From: Telmatocola sphagniphila
Lineage (GTDB): Bacteria > Planctomycetota > Planctomycetia > Gemmatales > Gemmataceae
Assembly (NCBI RefSeq): GCF_018398935.1
Contig: NZ_CP074694.1
Coordinates: 2,790,001-2,822,000, forward strand
Length of the DNA stretch: 32,000 nucleotides
Reading direction: 5' to 3'
The notes under the pieces are model-generated. The model was not told where the DNA came from. It did no database searches and worked only from the letters and a program-made list of their open reading frames with translations. Position 1 is the stretch's first letter. Each line of letters begins with the position of its first letter. Both the position numbers and the translations under genes were made by a program. Positions 17,109-25,563 of the stretch are shown in pieces.

Positions 17109-18890
17109 TCAGCGATTCTTCAGCAAATCGACAATCTGCTGCAACCGGCCGGCGATTCGCTTTTCAATCTGGCTCAATCGTTCGAAATCGGAACCTTCCG
17201 TCACCGGCCAGGATTTCAGCTTTTCCTGGAACGGTTTCAGAATCATCTTATCCAGCATCAGGAGCCGGTGAGCCCGCAGCTGACGGCGCTTGGAATCGAT
17301 GTAAAAATGAATCCCCAATTCGAAGAGGGCGTGCACCGCCGAAACCAGCAAGGGAATTAATAACAGCGTCCACCAGGACCAGCCGCCAATGACGACCGCC
17401 GCGATCACGGCACTCAATTCCAGAACGACCTTGAGAACCCGCAGAAAATTCCAGACGTTCGAGAGCCCTTCGAGCGGCTCGATCAGGGAACGGCTGACCT
17501 GGGTGATTTCTTCGTTGGCGGAGGTTCGATAGGGTTCCACTGCCGACTTGTACACAGAAAGGCATTGATCCCCCAGTCCGCTCTGAAATCCCTTGGCCAG
17601 ATGGTCCCAGAAGGGATGGAGACTCGCATCTCGGACGACCGCGGCCCGCACATGGTCGAGCCATTGTTGCAAGCCGCGATTGATGACGTCCGATTCCTTG
17701 AATCCGGCACCGTCCGGCCGGGACAGCATTTTCTGGAAGAGCTGACGAATTAATTGATAAGGCTGCCTTAGGACCCAAAGCACCACCGAAAGCCATTTGG
17801 CATTTCCTGGCAGATCGAATTTCTGCAGCATTTGCTCCGGCGTGACCTTCAAGCCAGTCACCGAAGAACTGATGCCGAACTCCCGTTCGTACGTTTTCTC
17901 GAAATCGTTTTTGGAATCATTAACCAGGGAATCCCAGGTCGATACCAGTTTCAGATCCCGTCGCCCCATCTCGATGATGCTGGGTAAGGTCGCTTCCAGA
18001 AATTGCACGCCGCGATCAACCGTACGAGCTTTGGCTTCTTTCTCCGGTTCGAGCAACACCGTCATTTGATTGAGCAAAGCGATCCGATATTCACTCGCTT
18101 TTCCAAGCGGATCATCGAGCACATCGACGCTAAGGAACGGAATCGTCACCAGGGGCACTTTATCGGCCTGACTGCCCAGAATTTCCTGTTGAAAGTGCTG
18201 GGAGATCGAAGGGGCATCCGTCGCTCGCATCTTTGTGAGGCAAACGACTACCGCTTTTCCGGCCGATAGGACCTGCTTCAAAAATCGCGTGGGAATCGCG
18301 TCGTTATAGCGCTCGTCGGATGCGACGAATAAGACGAGATCGGCCAGAGCCAGAATCTCAATCACTCGCCCGATATAGTTCTGTGCGGCCCAGGTCGTCA
18401 CGTCCGGGCAGTCCCAGATGACGCAATTTTCGGGCAAGGGGGACTGTTGAAATTTTACCTGCCGAAATTGATAGACATCTTCATCCAGGCTGGCGGGCAG
18501 AGGACCATCTTGTCGTTTCAATTTACCGAGAAAACCAAGCGTTCCCCAGGAAGCGAGAATGCTTGGGGAGAGACTGCCGAACCCAATCGGGTGACGAGTA
18601 TAACCGGCCTGGGCATTCGATTCGGTAACTTTCGAACCGACTACGAAATTGACGACCGTACTCTTCCCGGTCCCCGCTCCCCCCACGACCGCAATGTGTA
18701 GAGGCTGGTCCGAGTTTTTCTCAATGGCTGGGCCCAGAGTATTGCGCACGAGGGCGTCGGCGAAACGGAGTTCCGTACCTGCCTTCTCCTCGCCGACGCG
18801 GCTGACCTGATATTGATGCAACCAGGCGAAATCTTCTGCCAGGTCGGACACGAGATGACGTTGATCGGTCGGGGTCGATGCGGTTTCCAT
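17109..18890 (-). CDS. Membrane-anchored dynamin-like P-loop NTPase (paralog 2, degenerate G4)
   Basis: Collinear with the protein at 6163..7980. G1 is GGAGTGKST (aa 70-78), VIWDCPDV carries D160..D163, and ADLVLFVASDERYND is present. CLTKMRAT sits where the paralog has NKWD. A hydrophobic hairpin lies about 60-130 aa from the C terminus. Confidence 0.75.
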   Translation of the reverse strand: METASTPTDQRHLVSDLAEDFAWLHQYQVSRVGEEKAGTELRFADALVRNTLGPAIEKNSDQPLHIAVVGGAGTGKSTVVNFVVGSKVTESNAQAGYTRHPIGFGSLSPSILASWGTLGFLGKLKRQDGPLPASLDEDVYQFRQVKFQQSPLPENCVIWDCPDVTTWAAQNYIGRVIEILALADLVLFVASDERYNDAIPTRFLKQVLSAGKAVVVCLTKMRATDAPSISQHFQQEILGSQADKVPLVTIPFLSVDVLDDPLGKASEYRIALLNQMTVLLEPEKEAKARTVDRGVQFLEATLPSIIEMGRRDLKLVSTWDSLVNDSKNDFEKTYEREFGISSSVTGLKVTPEQMLQKFDLPGNAKWLSVVLWVLRQPYQLIRQLFQKMLSRPDGAGFKESDVINRGLQQWLDHVRAAVVRDASLHPFWDHLAKGFQSGLGDQCLSVYKSAVEPYRTSANEEITQVSRSLIEPLEGLSNVWNFLRVLKVVLELSAVIAAVVIGGWSWWTLLLIPLLVSAVHALFELGIHFYIDSKRRQLRAHRLLMLDKMILKPFQEKLKSWPVTEGSDFERLSQIEKRIAGRLQQIVDLLKNR

Positions 18891-18899
18891 TTTGATATC

Positions 18900-20021
18900 T
18901 TAGGACCGAAAGAGCGGTTCGGTGGCTTGGCTGCGCGGTCTATCCGCTTTGAAGGGCGATATATCCATAAAAGTCCGCTTTCCCAGCACTAAATCCGTCA
19001 GTATCTGGGCCGTCGCCAGCGACTGCTGAATTCCCGACCTGCCATGCCCGGCCCCGATAAAAACATTATCGAAACCGGGGATCGGACCGATCGTCGGCAG
19101 GCCGTCTTTGGAACCAGGTCTTAATCCAGCCCAGGCTCGCACTTGCTGTGCAGAACGGAGAATCGGTATCAGATTATGTGCGAAATCGAGAAGTCCCTGA
19201 ATTCCCGAGGGAGTATTGGCTTTCTCAAAGCCTGCTTCCGGTTCTTCGGTCGAGCCGATCAAAATTTCATCGGAATTTCTTGGTACGATATACTGCTTCC
19301 CCGATTCGACGATGCAAGATACCGGCATTTCCCCTTCAATAGCTAACTGAACGATTTGACCGCGAATCGGAAATATACCGAGTTTCATCGGAGTCAATTC
19401 CGGAAGGAGTTCGGTCCAGGCTCCTGTAGCGATAACAAATCGATCCGCTGCAAATCGCTTCCCATCCACGGTCGCTAGACTCTCTATTCGATTTTCAGCT
19501 TTAATCATTTGGATGGAATGGGAATTCGGCCGTAACCGGACTCCTTGAATTTCGCAGGCACGAATTAACGCCTGCAGATGCAAAGGATTTTCTAGCAAAG
19601 CCCCGTCGGGAAAAAAAATGCCGGAATTACTGAGGAACTGAACTTGAGGATATTGCGAAGGCTCCGCACTTTGAAATGCGATTTCTTCGTCGACCCAAGC
19701 ATTTTGAGTAGCGGCTGATGGCGCTTCCAGATCCAGGATGCCGCACTTGCGAAACCCATTCCAGATGCCGGAGGATTCTTTCAATTGCAAGCTAAAGGAT
19801 TCGATGCGATTTCGGCTGAACGCCCGAAGCAAATCAAGTGGACGATGAGCTTTTGAAAGATTCCCGGGAGCGAGGATGCCCGCTCCGGCCCAGGAGGCCT
19901 CTCGCCCCAGATCCGATTTATCCAGAACAGTAACTTGCAATCCTTCCAGTGCCAGGTGATACGCGGTAGTAAGACCTATGACACCGCCGCCTAGGATGAC
20001 GACGTCCGTTTTTTCTGTCAT
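18900..20021 (-). CDS. FAD-dependent oxidoreductase, glycine/D-amino-acid oxidase family (ThiO-like)
   Basis: N-terminal dinucleotide fold DVVILGGGVIGLTTAYHLALEGLQVTVLDK and C-terminal GAGHGRSGI, as in the DAO/ThiO family. It ends 9 nt before the start of GTPase paralog 2. Confidence 0.7.
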   Translation of the reverse strand: MTEKTDVVILGGGVIGLTTAYHLALEGLQVTVLDKSDLGREASWAGAGILAPGNLSKAHRPLDLLRAFSRNRIESFSLQLKESSGIWNGFRKCGILDLEAPSAATQNAWVDEEIAFQSAEPSQYPQVQFLSNSGIFFPDGALLENPLHLQALIRACEIQGVRLRPNSHSIQMIKAENRIESLATVDGKRFAADRFVIATGAWTELLPELTPMKLGIFPIRGQIVQLAIEGEMPVSCIVESGKQYIVPRNSDEILIGSTEEPEAGFEKANTPSGIQGLLDFAHNLIPILRSAQQVRAWAGLRPGSKDGLPTIGPIPGFDNVFIGAGHGRSGIQQSLATAQILTDLVLGKRTFMDISPFKADRPRSQATEPLFRS

Positions 20022-20038
20022 GCTGCTATCATACGCAA

Positions 20039-20068
20039 GCGGGCACTGGGGTTAAGCCCAGTGCCCGC
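20039..20068 (-). other. Perfect 12-bp GC-rich stem-loop between dnaK stop and the ThiO-like start
   Basis: GCGGGCACTGGG (20039-20050) pairs with CCCAGTGCCCGC (20057-20068) around the 6-nt loop GTTAAG. There is no clear U-tract on the minus strand (TTGCGTATGAT follows). Confidence 0.5.
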
Positions 20069-20093
20069 GGAGTTTTCAGAGGAAATTGGACGA

Positions 20094-22040
20094 TTACTTC
20101 ACTTCGAAATCGGCGTCGATGACATCGTCCGGCTTGCCCGCCGTTGCTCCCCCAGTGGGCGGAGGAGGAGTTGCACCGCCGGAAGCTTTGCCCGTCTGCT
20201 GGCTCATGGCCTGCGTGGCCTGTTCCAGTTCGCTGACTGCTGAGCGAATGGCTGCGGGGTCTTCCTTGCTCATCGCCGCTTTGACCTTTTCGATCCCAGC
20301 GCGAATAGGAGCTTTATCCGCATCACTGAGCTTGTCGCCCAGTTCCGACAGTTGCTTTTCGGTCTGGTAAACCTTGGTATCCGCTTCGTTTTTAGCGTCA
20401 ATCAATTCCTTCTTACGCTTATCCGATTCGGCATTCAACTCCGCATCTTTCTTCATCTTTTCGATCTCGGCGGCGTTAATGCCGCTGGAGTTCTCGATCT
20501 TGATGCGTTGTTCTTTACCGGAACCGAGATCCTTGGCGGAAACATTCAGAACGCCGTTGGCATCCATGTCGAAGGTCACTTCGATCTGGGGTTCGCCGCG
20601 TCGTGCTGGCGGAATCCCGTCGAGCTTGAAGGTCCCAATCTGCTTGTTGTCCGAGGTCATGGGGCGCTCGCCCTGGAAGACCTGGATGTCCACGCCCGGC
20701 TGATTGTCGGCGGCCGTCGTGTAGATCTGGCTCTTCTTGGTCGGGATCGTCGTATTACGGGGAATGAGCACGCTCATCACGCCGTTCATCGTTTCGATAC
20801 CCAGGCTGAGCGGAGTAACGTCGAGCAGCTGAATCTGCGACTGGCTTCCCAGCAGCAGTTGAGCGCCCTGGATCGCAGCCCCGATTGCGACCACTTCATC
20901 CGGATTCACCCCGCGGTGACCTTCTTTTCCGAAAATTTCCTTAACCAGTTGCTGCACGCGCGGCATACGGGTCATACCGCCAACCATCACGATTTCGTCG
21001 ATCTGGCTCGGGCTCAACTTGGCATCGGACAGTGCGGCCAGCACGGGCTTCTTGCAGCGCTCGAACAGTCCTTCCACCAGTTGCTCAAACTTAGACCGAG
21101 TCAGCGAAATCATAATGTGCTTCGGTCCCGAAGCATCCGCCGTGATGAAAGGCAGGTTGACGTCCGTGGTCGTCTGCTGTGAAAGATCCTTCTTGGCCCG
21201 TTCGGCCGCTTCCTTCAGGCGCTGCAAAGCCATCATGTCTTTTCGCAGATCGATGCCATGTTCTTTCTTGAACTCGTCGGCCAGGTAATCGATCAGGATG
21301 TCGTCGAAGTTATCGCCGCCGAGGTGAGTGTCCCCGTTGGTCGACTTCACGATGAAAGTGCCTTCATCGTCCACATCCAGAATCGAGATGTCGAAGGTAC
21401 CGCCACCGAGGTCGAACACTGCAATCTTCTGATTTTTCTTCTTTTCAAAGGCGTAGGCCAGCGAAGCCGCGGTCGGCTCGTTGATGATACGCATGCGCTG
21501 CTTGCCTTTATGGCCGGTCTTGGGATCTTCGATTTCCCATTCGGTGTCGAAACCGGCAATGGCCGCGGCGTCGATGGTCGCCTGACGCTGAGCATCGTTG
21601 AAGTAAGCCGGTACGGTGATCACGGCCTTGCGAACCGTCTGCCCCAGATACGCTTCGGCGGACTCCTTCAGTTTGCGAAGGATCATCGCCGAAATTTCCG
21701 GAGGGGTAAAGTTCTTGCCGTCGATGTCGACTTTCACCAGCTCGTCTTTGCCGCCGACGATCTTATAGGGAACCAACTTTTCTTCCGATTCGACTTCGTT
21801 ATGTCGACGGCCCATGAATCGCTTGATCGAGTAAATGGTGCGTCGAGGATTGGTAACGGCCTGGCGCTTGGCCGGGTCACCCACTAATCGGTCGGCCTTA
21901 TCGGTGAACGCCACGATCGATGGGGTCAGACGATTCCCTTCCTGATTCGGAATCACCTTCACTTCACCGGTCTCTTCCATGACCGCGACAACCGAGTTGG
22001 TGGTACCGAGGTCGATACCAATGATTTTATCTTTTGCCAT
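20094..22040 (-). CDS. dnaK: Molecular chaperone DnaK (Hsp70)
   Basis: [28 protein letters not shown], and an acidic C-terminal [11 protein letters not shown]. The full length is 648 aa. Confidence 0.97.
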   Translation of the reverse strand: MAKDKIIGIDLGTTNSVVAVMEETGEVKVIPNQEGNRLTPSIVAFTDKADRLVGDPAKRQAVTNPRRTIYSIKRFMGRRHNEVESEEKLVPYKIVGGKDELVKVDIDGKNFTPPEISAMILRKLKESAEAYLGQTVRKAVITVPAYFNDAQRQATIDAAAIAGFDTEWEIEDPKTGHKGKQRMRIINEPTAASLAYAFEKKKNQKIAVFDLGGGTFDISILDVDDEGTFIVKSTNGDTHLGGDNFDDILIDYLADEFKKEHGIDLRKDMMALQRLKEAAERAKKDLSQQTTTDVNLPFITADASGPKHIMISLTRSKFEQLVEGLFERCKKPVLAALSDAKLSPSQIDEIVMVGGMTRMPRVQQLVKEIFGKEGHRGVNPDEVVAIGAAIQGAQLLLGSQSQIQLLDVTPLSLGIETMNGVMSVLIPRNTTIPTKKSQIYTTAADNQPGVDIQVFQGERPMTSDNKQIGTFKLDGIPPARRGEPQIEVTFDMDANGVLNVSAKDLGSGKEQRIKIENSSGINAAEIEKMKKDAELNAESDKRKKELIDAKNEADTKVYQTEKQLSELGDKLSDADKAPIRAGIEKVKAAMSKEDPAAIRSAVSELEQATQAMSQQTGKASGGATPPPPTGGATAGKPDDVIDADFEVK

Positions 22041-22103
22041 AGCGAATTTTCTCCCCGTCGCTTCCGGCGAGCATTGGGCGTTGGAGCCGGAAAACGACTC
22101 AGT

Positions 22104-22131
22104 ATTTATAACTTGGCCAAATATTCTGCAA
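22104..22131 (-). promoter_or_regulatory. Candidate sigma-70-type promoter for dnaK
   Basis: On the minus strand this reads TTGCAG - 16 nt - ATAAAT, about 60 nt upstream of the dnaK ATG. GGGGAG lies 9 nt before the ATG. This is a pattern match only. Confidence 0.3.
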
Positions 22132-22158
22132 CATTTGTGCCGGAACCCAAAAACAGGG

Positions 22159-22174
22159 GTTAAATCGATTTAAC
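22159..22174. promoter_or_regulatory. Perfect 16-bp palindrome GTTAAATCGATTTAAC in the dnaK/pheA divergent region (candidate operator)
   Basis: The sequence is exactly self-complementary. A degenerate second copy follows (GTTAAAC at 22200-22206 and ATTTAAAAC at 22219-22227). Confidence 0.3.
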
Positions 22175-22249
22175 TCTCGACGAATGAGAACTTTACTGTG
22201 TTAAACCCTTAAAGTGCCATTTAAAACCGCAATTTATTCCGGAGTTTTT

Positions 22250-22264
22250 CTGCCAAATTGGCAG
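22250..22264. promoter_or_regulatory. 15-bp palindrome CTGCCAA-A-TTGGCAG
   Basis: Perfect 7-1-7 inverted repeat in the same intergenic region, about 175 nt upstream of the pheA ATG. Confidence 0.25.
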
Positions 22265-22437
22265 CAAACCCGAAATTCCAAAATAGGCCCGCTTGTAAGG
22301 CGGATGATGCATTGCAAACATATACGGAATAACGATTTAGGAATATCGCATAGACATTTTTTGATTCGTTGACTCTTCCTGGATTCCTCACTAAAGTGTG
22401 TGTAACCAAAACAGCACCTCCCAGCCAGGGGCCGCCA

Positions 22438-23529
22438 ATGAGCCGTAAATCGGACGAGGATGTCAAGAAACTCCGAGCTCAGATCGACAAATTAGACCAG
22501 CAAATCCTCGAATTCATGAACAAACGCGCCTCTCTCGCGATGGAGATCGGCAAATTGAAGAGTGAATCCGGCGGTATCGTCTTTGCCCCGGCTCGCGAAG
22601 AAGAGGTAATCAGCAATCTCCTCGAAAAAAACAAGGGGCCGCTACCCCCGGTGACTATCCGTTCGGTCTATCGAGAACTGATTTCCGGCTCGCGATCCCT
22701 GCAGCGAGTACTCAAGATCGCTTTTCTCGGGCCAGAGTACAGTTTCAGTCACTTGGCTGCGATGAAACAATTTGGCCAGGGCGTGGAACTGATGGCAGTA
22801 GGCAACATTTCCGCCATATTTGAAGAGGTGGCTCGCCAGCACGTCGACTATGGTGTGGTGCCGCTCGAAAATTCGACGGATGGGCGTATCGCAGACACGC
22901 TGGATATGTTCGTCAAAATGCCGGAGCTGAAAATCTGTTCGGAAGTCCGAGTTCGAGTTCATCACAACTTATTGGCTAACTGCGAGCAGACGGAAATTCA
23001 CCGAATTTACAGCAAGCCGCAGGCTTTATCCCAGTGCCGCAACTGGCTCAGCAAAAATGTGCCTCAAGCCACTCTGCATGAAGTGACCAGCACGGCGGCC
23101 GCCGCGCAACTCGTTCAGCAGCAGCCCAACACGGCCGCGGTTGCCAGCCGGGAAGCTGCCGTTCGCTATGGTATTCGCATTCTCTATTCCAACATCGAAG
23201 ATTCGCAGCACAACGAAACTCGCTTTGCAGTCATCGGCACCCACGATTCTGGTCGTACGGGTAAAGATAAAACGGCGATCATGTTTCAGATCCCGCACAG
23301 CCCGGGATCCCTGGCGGATATTCTGAATCTCTTCAAATCGAACAAGGTCAATCTGACTTGGATCGAATCCTTCCCGTTCCGGGATGCCAAGGGGGAATAT
23401 ATTTTCTTTGCCGATTTTGAAGGCCACGCGGAAGATGCCAAGGTTAAGAAAACTTTACAGGGGCTAGAGAAAACCTGCGATAAGCTTTCGATCCTGGGCT
23501 CGTTCCCGATCGCACCTCTGGAAGAATAA
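22438..23529 (+). CDS. pheA: Bifunctional chorismate mutase / prephenate dehydratase (P-protein)
   Basis: CM_2 helix LRAQIDKLDQQILEFMNKRASL, PDT domain KIAFLGPEYSFSH, and an ACT domain with NLTWIESFP (ESRP-like). The start is moved to ATG 22438; the track's TTG 22369 extension looks non-coding. Confidence 0.9.
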   Translation: MSRKSDEDVKKLRAQIDKLDQQILEFMNKRASLAMEIGKLKSESGGIVFAPAREEEVISNLLEKNKGPLPPVTIRSVYRELISGSRSLQRVLKIAFLGPEYSFSHLAAMKQFGQGVELMAVGNISAIFEEVARQHVDYGVVPLENSTDGRIADTLDMFVKMPELKICSEVRVRVHHNLLANCEQTEIHRIYSKPQALSQCRNWLSKNVPQATLHEVTSTAAAAQLVQQQPNTAAVASREAAVRYGIRILYSNIEDSQHNETRFAVIGTHDSGRTGKDKTAIMFQIPHSPGSLADILNLFKSNKVNLTWIESFPFRDAKGEYIFFADFEGHAEDAKVKKTLQGLEKTCDKLSILGSFPIAPLEE

Positions 23530-23561
23530 TTTCTGCGGGTTTGTAAGATAATTGGTATGTA

Positions 23562-23592
23562 GGGCAGACACTCTAGTCTGCCCTTATTTTTT
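23562..23592 (+). terminator. Rho-independent terminator between pheA and the DAHP synthase gene
   Basis: GGGCAGAC (23562-23569) pairs with GTCTGCCC (23576-23583) around the loop ACTCTA, followed by TTATTTTTT. Confidence 0.7.
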
Positions 23593-23647
23593 CCGGGGAA
23601 AAAAGGCTCGCTGGAAATGCCCTGGACAGCTGGAAGGTTGGAAATTC

Positions 23648-24667
23648 ATGATTCTCGTACTCCGCCCCGATGCTAGTGAAGCACAGATAGAACACGTGAT
23701 CGCACGAATTACCGAATTGGGTTTTACGCCGCACGTCAGCCGGGGTCAACATCGGACCATTGTGGGAGCTATCGGAGACGAGACGAAGCCGCACGCGGAG
23801 GCTTTTGCGGCCTTTGCGGGTGTGGAAGCCGTGCATCCCATCATGAAGCCCTTCAAGCTCGCCAGCAGAGAATTGCAGAAGAATGATACCATTGTGATGG
23901 TGGGCAAAATCCCCATCGGCGGGGGATCGCTTGCGATGATTGCTGGCCCTTGTGCGGTGGAAAGCTTCGAAGGATTGGATCGCATCGCGCAACTGGTAAA
24001 AGACGCTGGAGCAAATATCCTACGCGGCGGGGCTTTCAAACCGCGAACCAGCCCCTACAGCTTCCAGGGAATGGGGGAATCGGGCTTAAAAATTCTGAAA
24101 GAAGTCGGCCAGAAACACCATATGCCGGTTGTCACCGAAGTCATGGACCCCCGGCAGGTCGCCCTGGTCGCCGAGTATGCGGACATGTTTCAAATTGGTG
24201 CAAGAAACATGCAGAACTTCGACCTTTTGAAGGAAGTCGGCTCCACGAAGTTACCGGTACTCCTTAAGCGAGGCATGGCTGCAACCGTAAAAGATCTTCT
24301 GATGTCGGCCGAGTATATCCTAGCAGCGGGCAACCCCAATGTGGTGCTGTGCGAACGGGGAGTGCGTTCTTTCGAGGATTCCACCCGGAATATGCTGGAT
24401 ATGAGCGCGGTGCCCAATGTGAAAGGACAGAGCCATTTGCCGATTATCGTCGATCCCAGCCATGCCTGCGGCCGGCCCGACTTGATCCCGGCCATGGCTC
24501 GGGCTGCCGTCGCGGCCGATGCCGATGGCGTTCACATCGAAGTTCACGACTGCCCGGAAAAAGCTTTTTCGGACGGTCCCCAGGCATTGATACCGCCCAA
24601 GTATACTAGCCTCATGGTTCAACTCCGCAAACTGGCGGAAGTCATGGGTAAGACCATACCGGTTTAA
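23648..24667 (+). CDS. aroF: 3-deoxy-7-phosphoheptulonate (DAHP) synthase, class I-beta, with N-terminal ferredoxin-like regulatory domain
   Basis: [34 protein letters not shown] and VDPSH. About 70 aa at the N terminus ([26 protein letters not shown]) resemble the Thermotoga-type regulatory domain. The start is moved to ATG 23648, because the track's upstream extension runs through the terminator hairpin. Confidence 0.9.
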   Translation: MILVLRPDASEAQIEHVIARITELGFTPHVSRGQHRTIVGAIGDETKPHAEAFAAFAGVEAVHPIMKPFKLASRELQKNDTIVMVGKIPIGGGSLAMIAGPCAVESFEGLDRIAQLVKDAGANILRGGAFKPRTSPYSFQGMGESGLKILKEVGQKHHMPVVTEVMDPRQVALVAEYADMFQIGARNMQNFDLLKEVGSTKLPVLLKRGMAATVKDLLMSAEYILAAGNPNVVLCERGVRSFEDSTRNMLDMSAVPNVKGQSHLPIIVDPSHACGRPDLIPAMARAAVAADADGVHIEVHDCPEKAFSDGPQALIPPKYTSLMVQLRKLAEVMGKTIPV

Positions 24668-24690
24668 GTACACCCACTCAAGGATTTGAT

Positions 24691-25449
24691 ATGGCTCGCG
24701 CGAAATTGATTGTCGGCAACTGGAAGATGTACACGAACGCCAAGAGTTCCGTGGAATTAGCACAGGCGGTGGCGGAAGGTTTGAAAGATAATACTCAAGT
24801 AATGGTTGGCGTTTGCCCCCCCTTCCCTTGGTTGACCAAAGTTTCTGAAGCGATCAAGGGCAGCAAGCTCGAAGTGGGAGCCCAGAACTTCTATCCCGCC
24901 AAGGAGGGAGCCTTCACCGGCGAGGTCAGCCCGGGCATGCTCAAGGAAGCCGGTTGCACCTTCTCGATCGTTGGTCACAGTGAACGTCGGCATACCTTGC
25001 TGGAACCCGATCTGCTTTTGAACCGCAAAGTGAAAGCGGGTATCGCCGCCGGCCTGGGCATCATTTTTTGCGTCGGCGAACTTTTGAGCGAACGCGAAGC
25101 CGGGCATACCGAGGCCGTACTGGAATTTCAGATCGCCGCGGGCCTGGCCGGATTAACCGCCGAACAATTGAAACTCGTCACCATCGCTTACGAACCGGTC
25201 TGGGCCATTGGGACGGGCAAAGTGGCCACCCCACAGCAGGCCCAAGAAGTTCATGCGTTCATCCGTAAATTCATCGCCAAGCAATTCGGCGAAACGGTGG
25301 CGCAAAGCCTGCTCATCCAGTACGGTGGAAGCGTCAAACCGGACAATGCCGCGGAAATCCTGAAGCAACCCGATGTCGATGGGGCTTTGGTCGGCGGCGC
25401 CAGTCTGAAAACCGATAGTTTCCTGGCCATTGTCAAAGCGGCTTATTGA
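24691..25449 (+). CDS. tpiA: Triosephosphate isomerase
   Basis: VGNWKMY, GHSERR, AYEPVWAIGTG and YGGSV. AAGGA lies upstream of the ATG. Confidence 0.95.
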   Translation: MARAKLIVGNWKMYTNAKSSVELAQAVAEGLKDNTQVMVGVCPPFPWLTKVSEAIKGSKLEVGAQNFYPAKEGAFTGEVSPGMLKEAGCTFSIVGHSERRHTLLEPDLLLNRKVKAGIAAGLGIIFCVGELLSEREAGHTEAVLEFQIAAGLAGLTAEQLKLVTIAYEPVWAIGTGKVATPQQAQEVHAFIRKFIAKQFGETVAQSLLIQYGGSVKPDNAAEILKQPDVDGALVGGASLKTDSFLAIVKAAY

Positions 25450-25563
25450 TTTTTAAAAGTCGTCGAATCCGAGGAATGGAAATTGCTTGAGCTACTATAA
25501 TTTCAGTGCCTTATAGCGATTCGATAAGAAGTTCATGTCCTAATTCAACCTTAGAGGTGCACC

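Noticed and set aside
20352-21887. Long plus-strand ORFs (276 aa at 20352..21182, 209 aa at 21258..21887, plus 20374..20703 and 21019..21288) antisense to dnaK
   Set aside because: They are entirely nested in the unmistakable dnaK reading frame. Their composition is low-complexity and rich in Leu, Arg and Val. Long antisense shadow ORFs are a well-known property of hsp70 genes, and there is no independent start context.
22255-22275. TTGGCAG...CCGAA resembling a sigma-54 -24/-12 promoter
   Set aside because: Only the TGGCA half matches. There is no TTGC(A/T) element at the required 5-nt spacing.
22369-22437. TTG-initiated 23-aa extension of pheA
   Set aside because: The chorismate-mutase helix begins right after ATG 22438. 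The extension lies in the promoter region and has no family counterpart.
23552-23647. Upstream extension of the DAHP synthase ORF (track start 23552)
   Set aside because: The extension runs straight through the pheA terminator hairpin and T-tract and encodes Cys/Arg-rich junk. The homologous regulatory domain starts at MILVLRP (ATG 23648).
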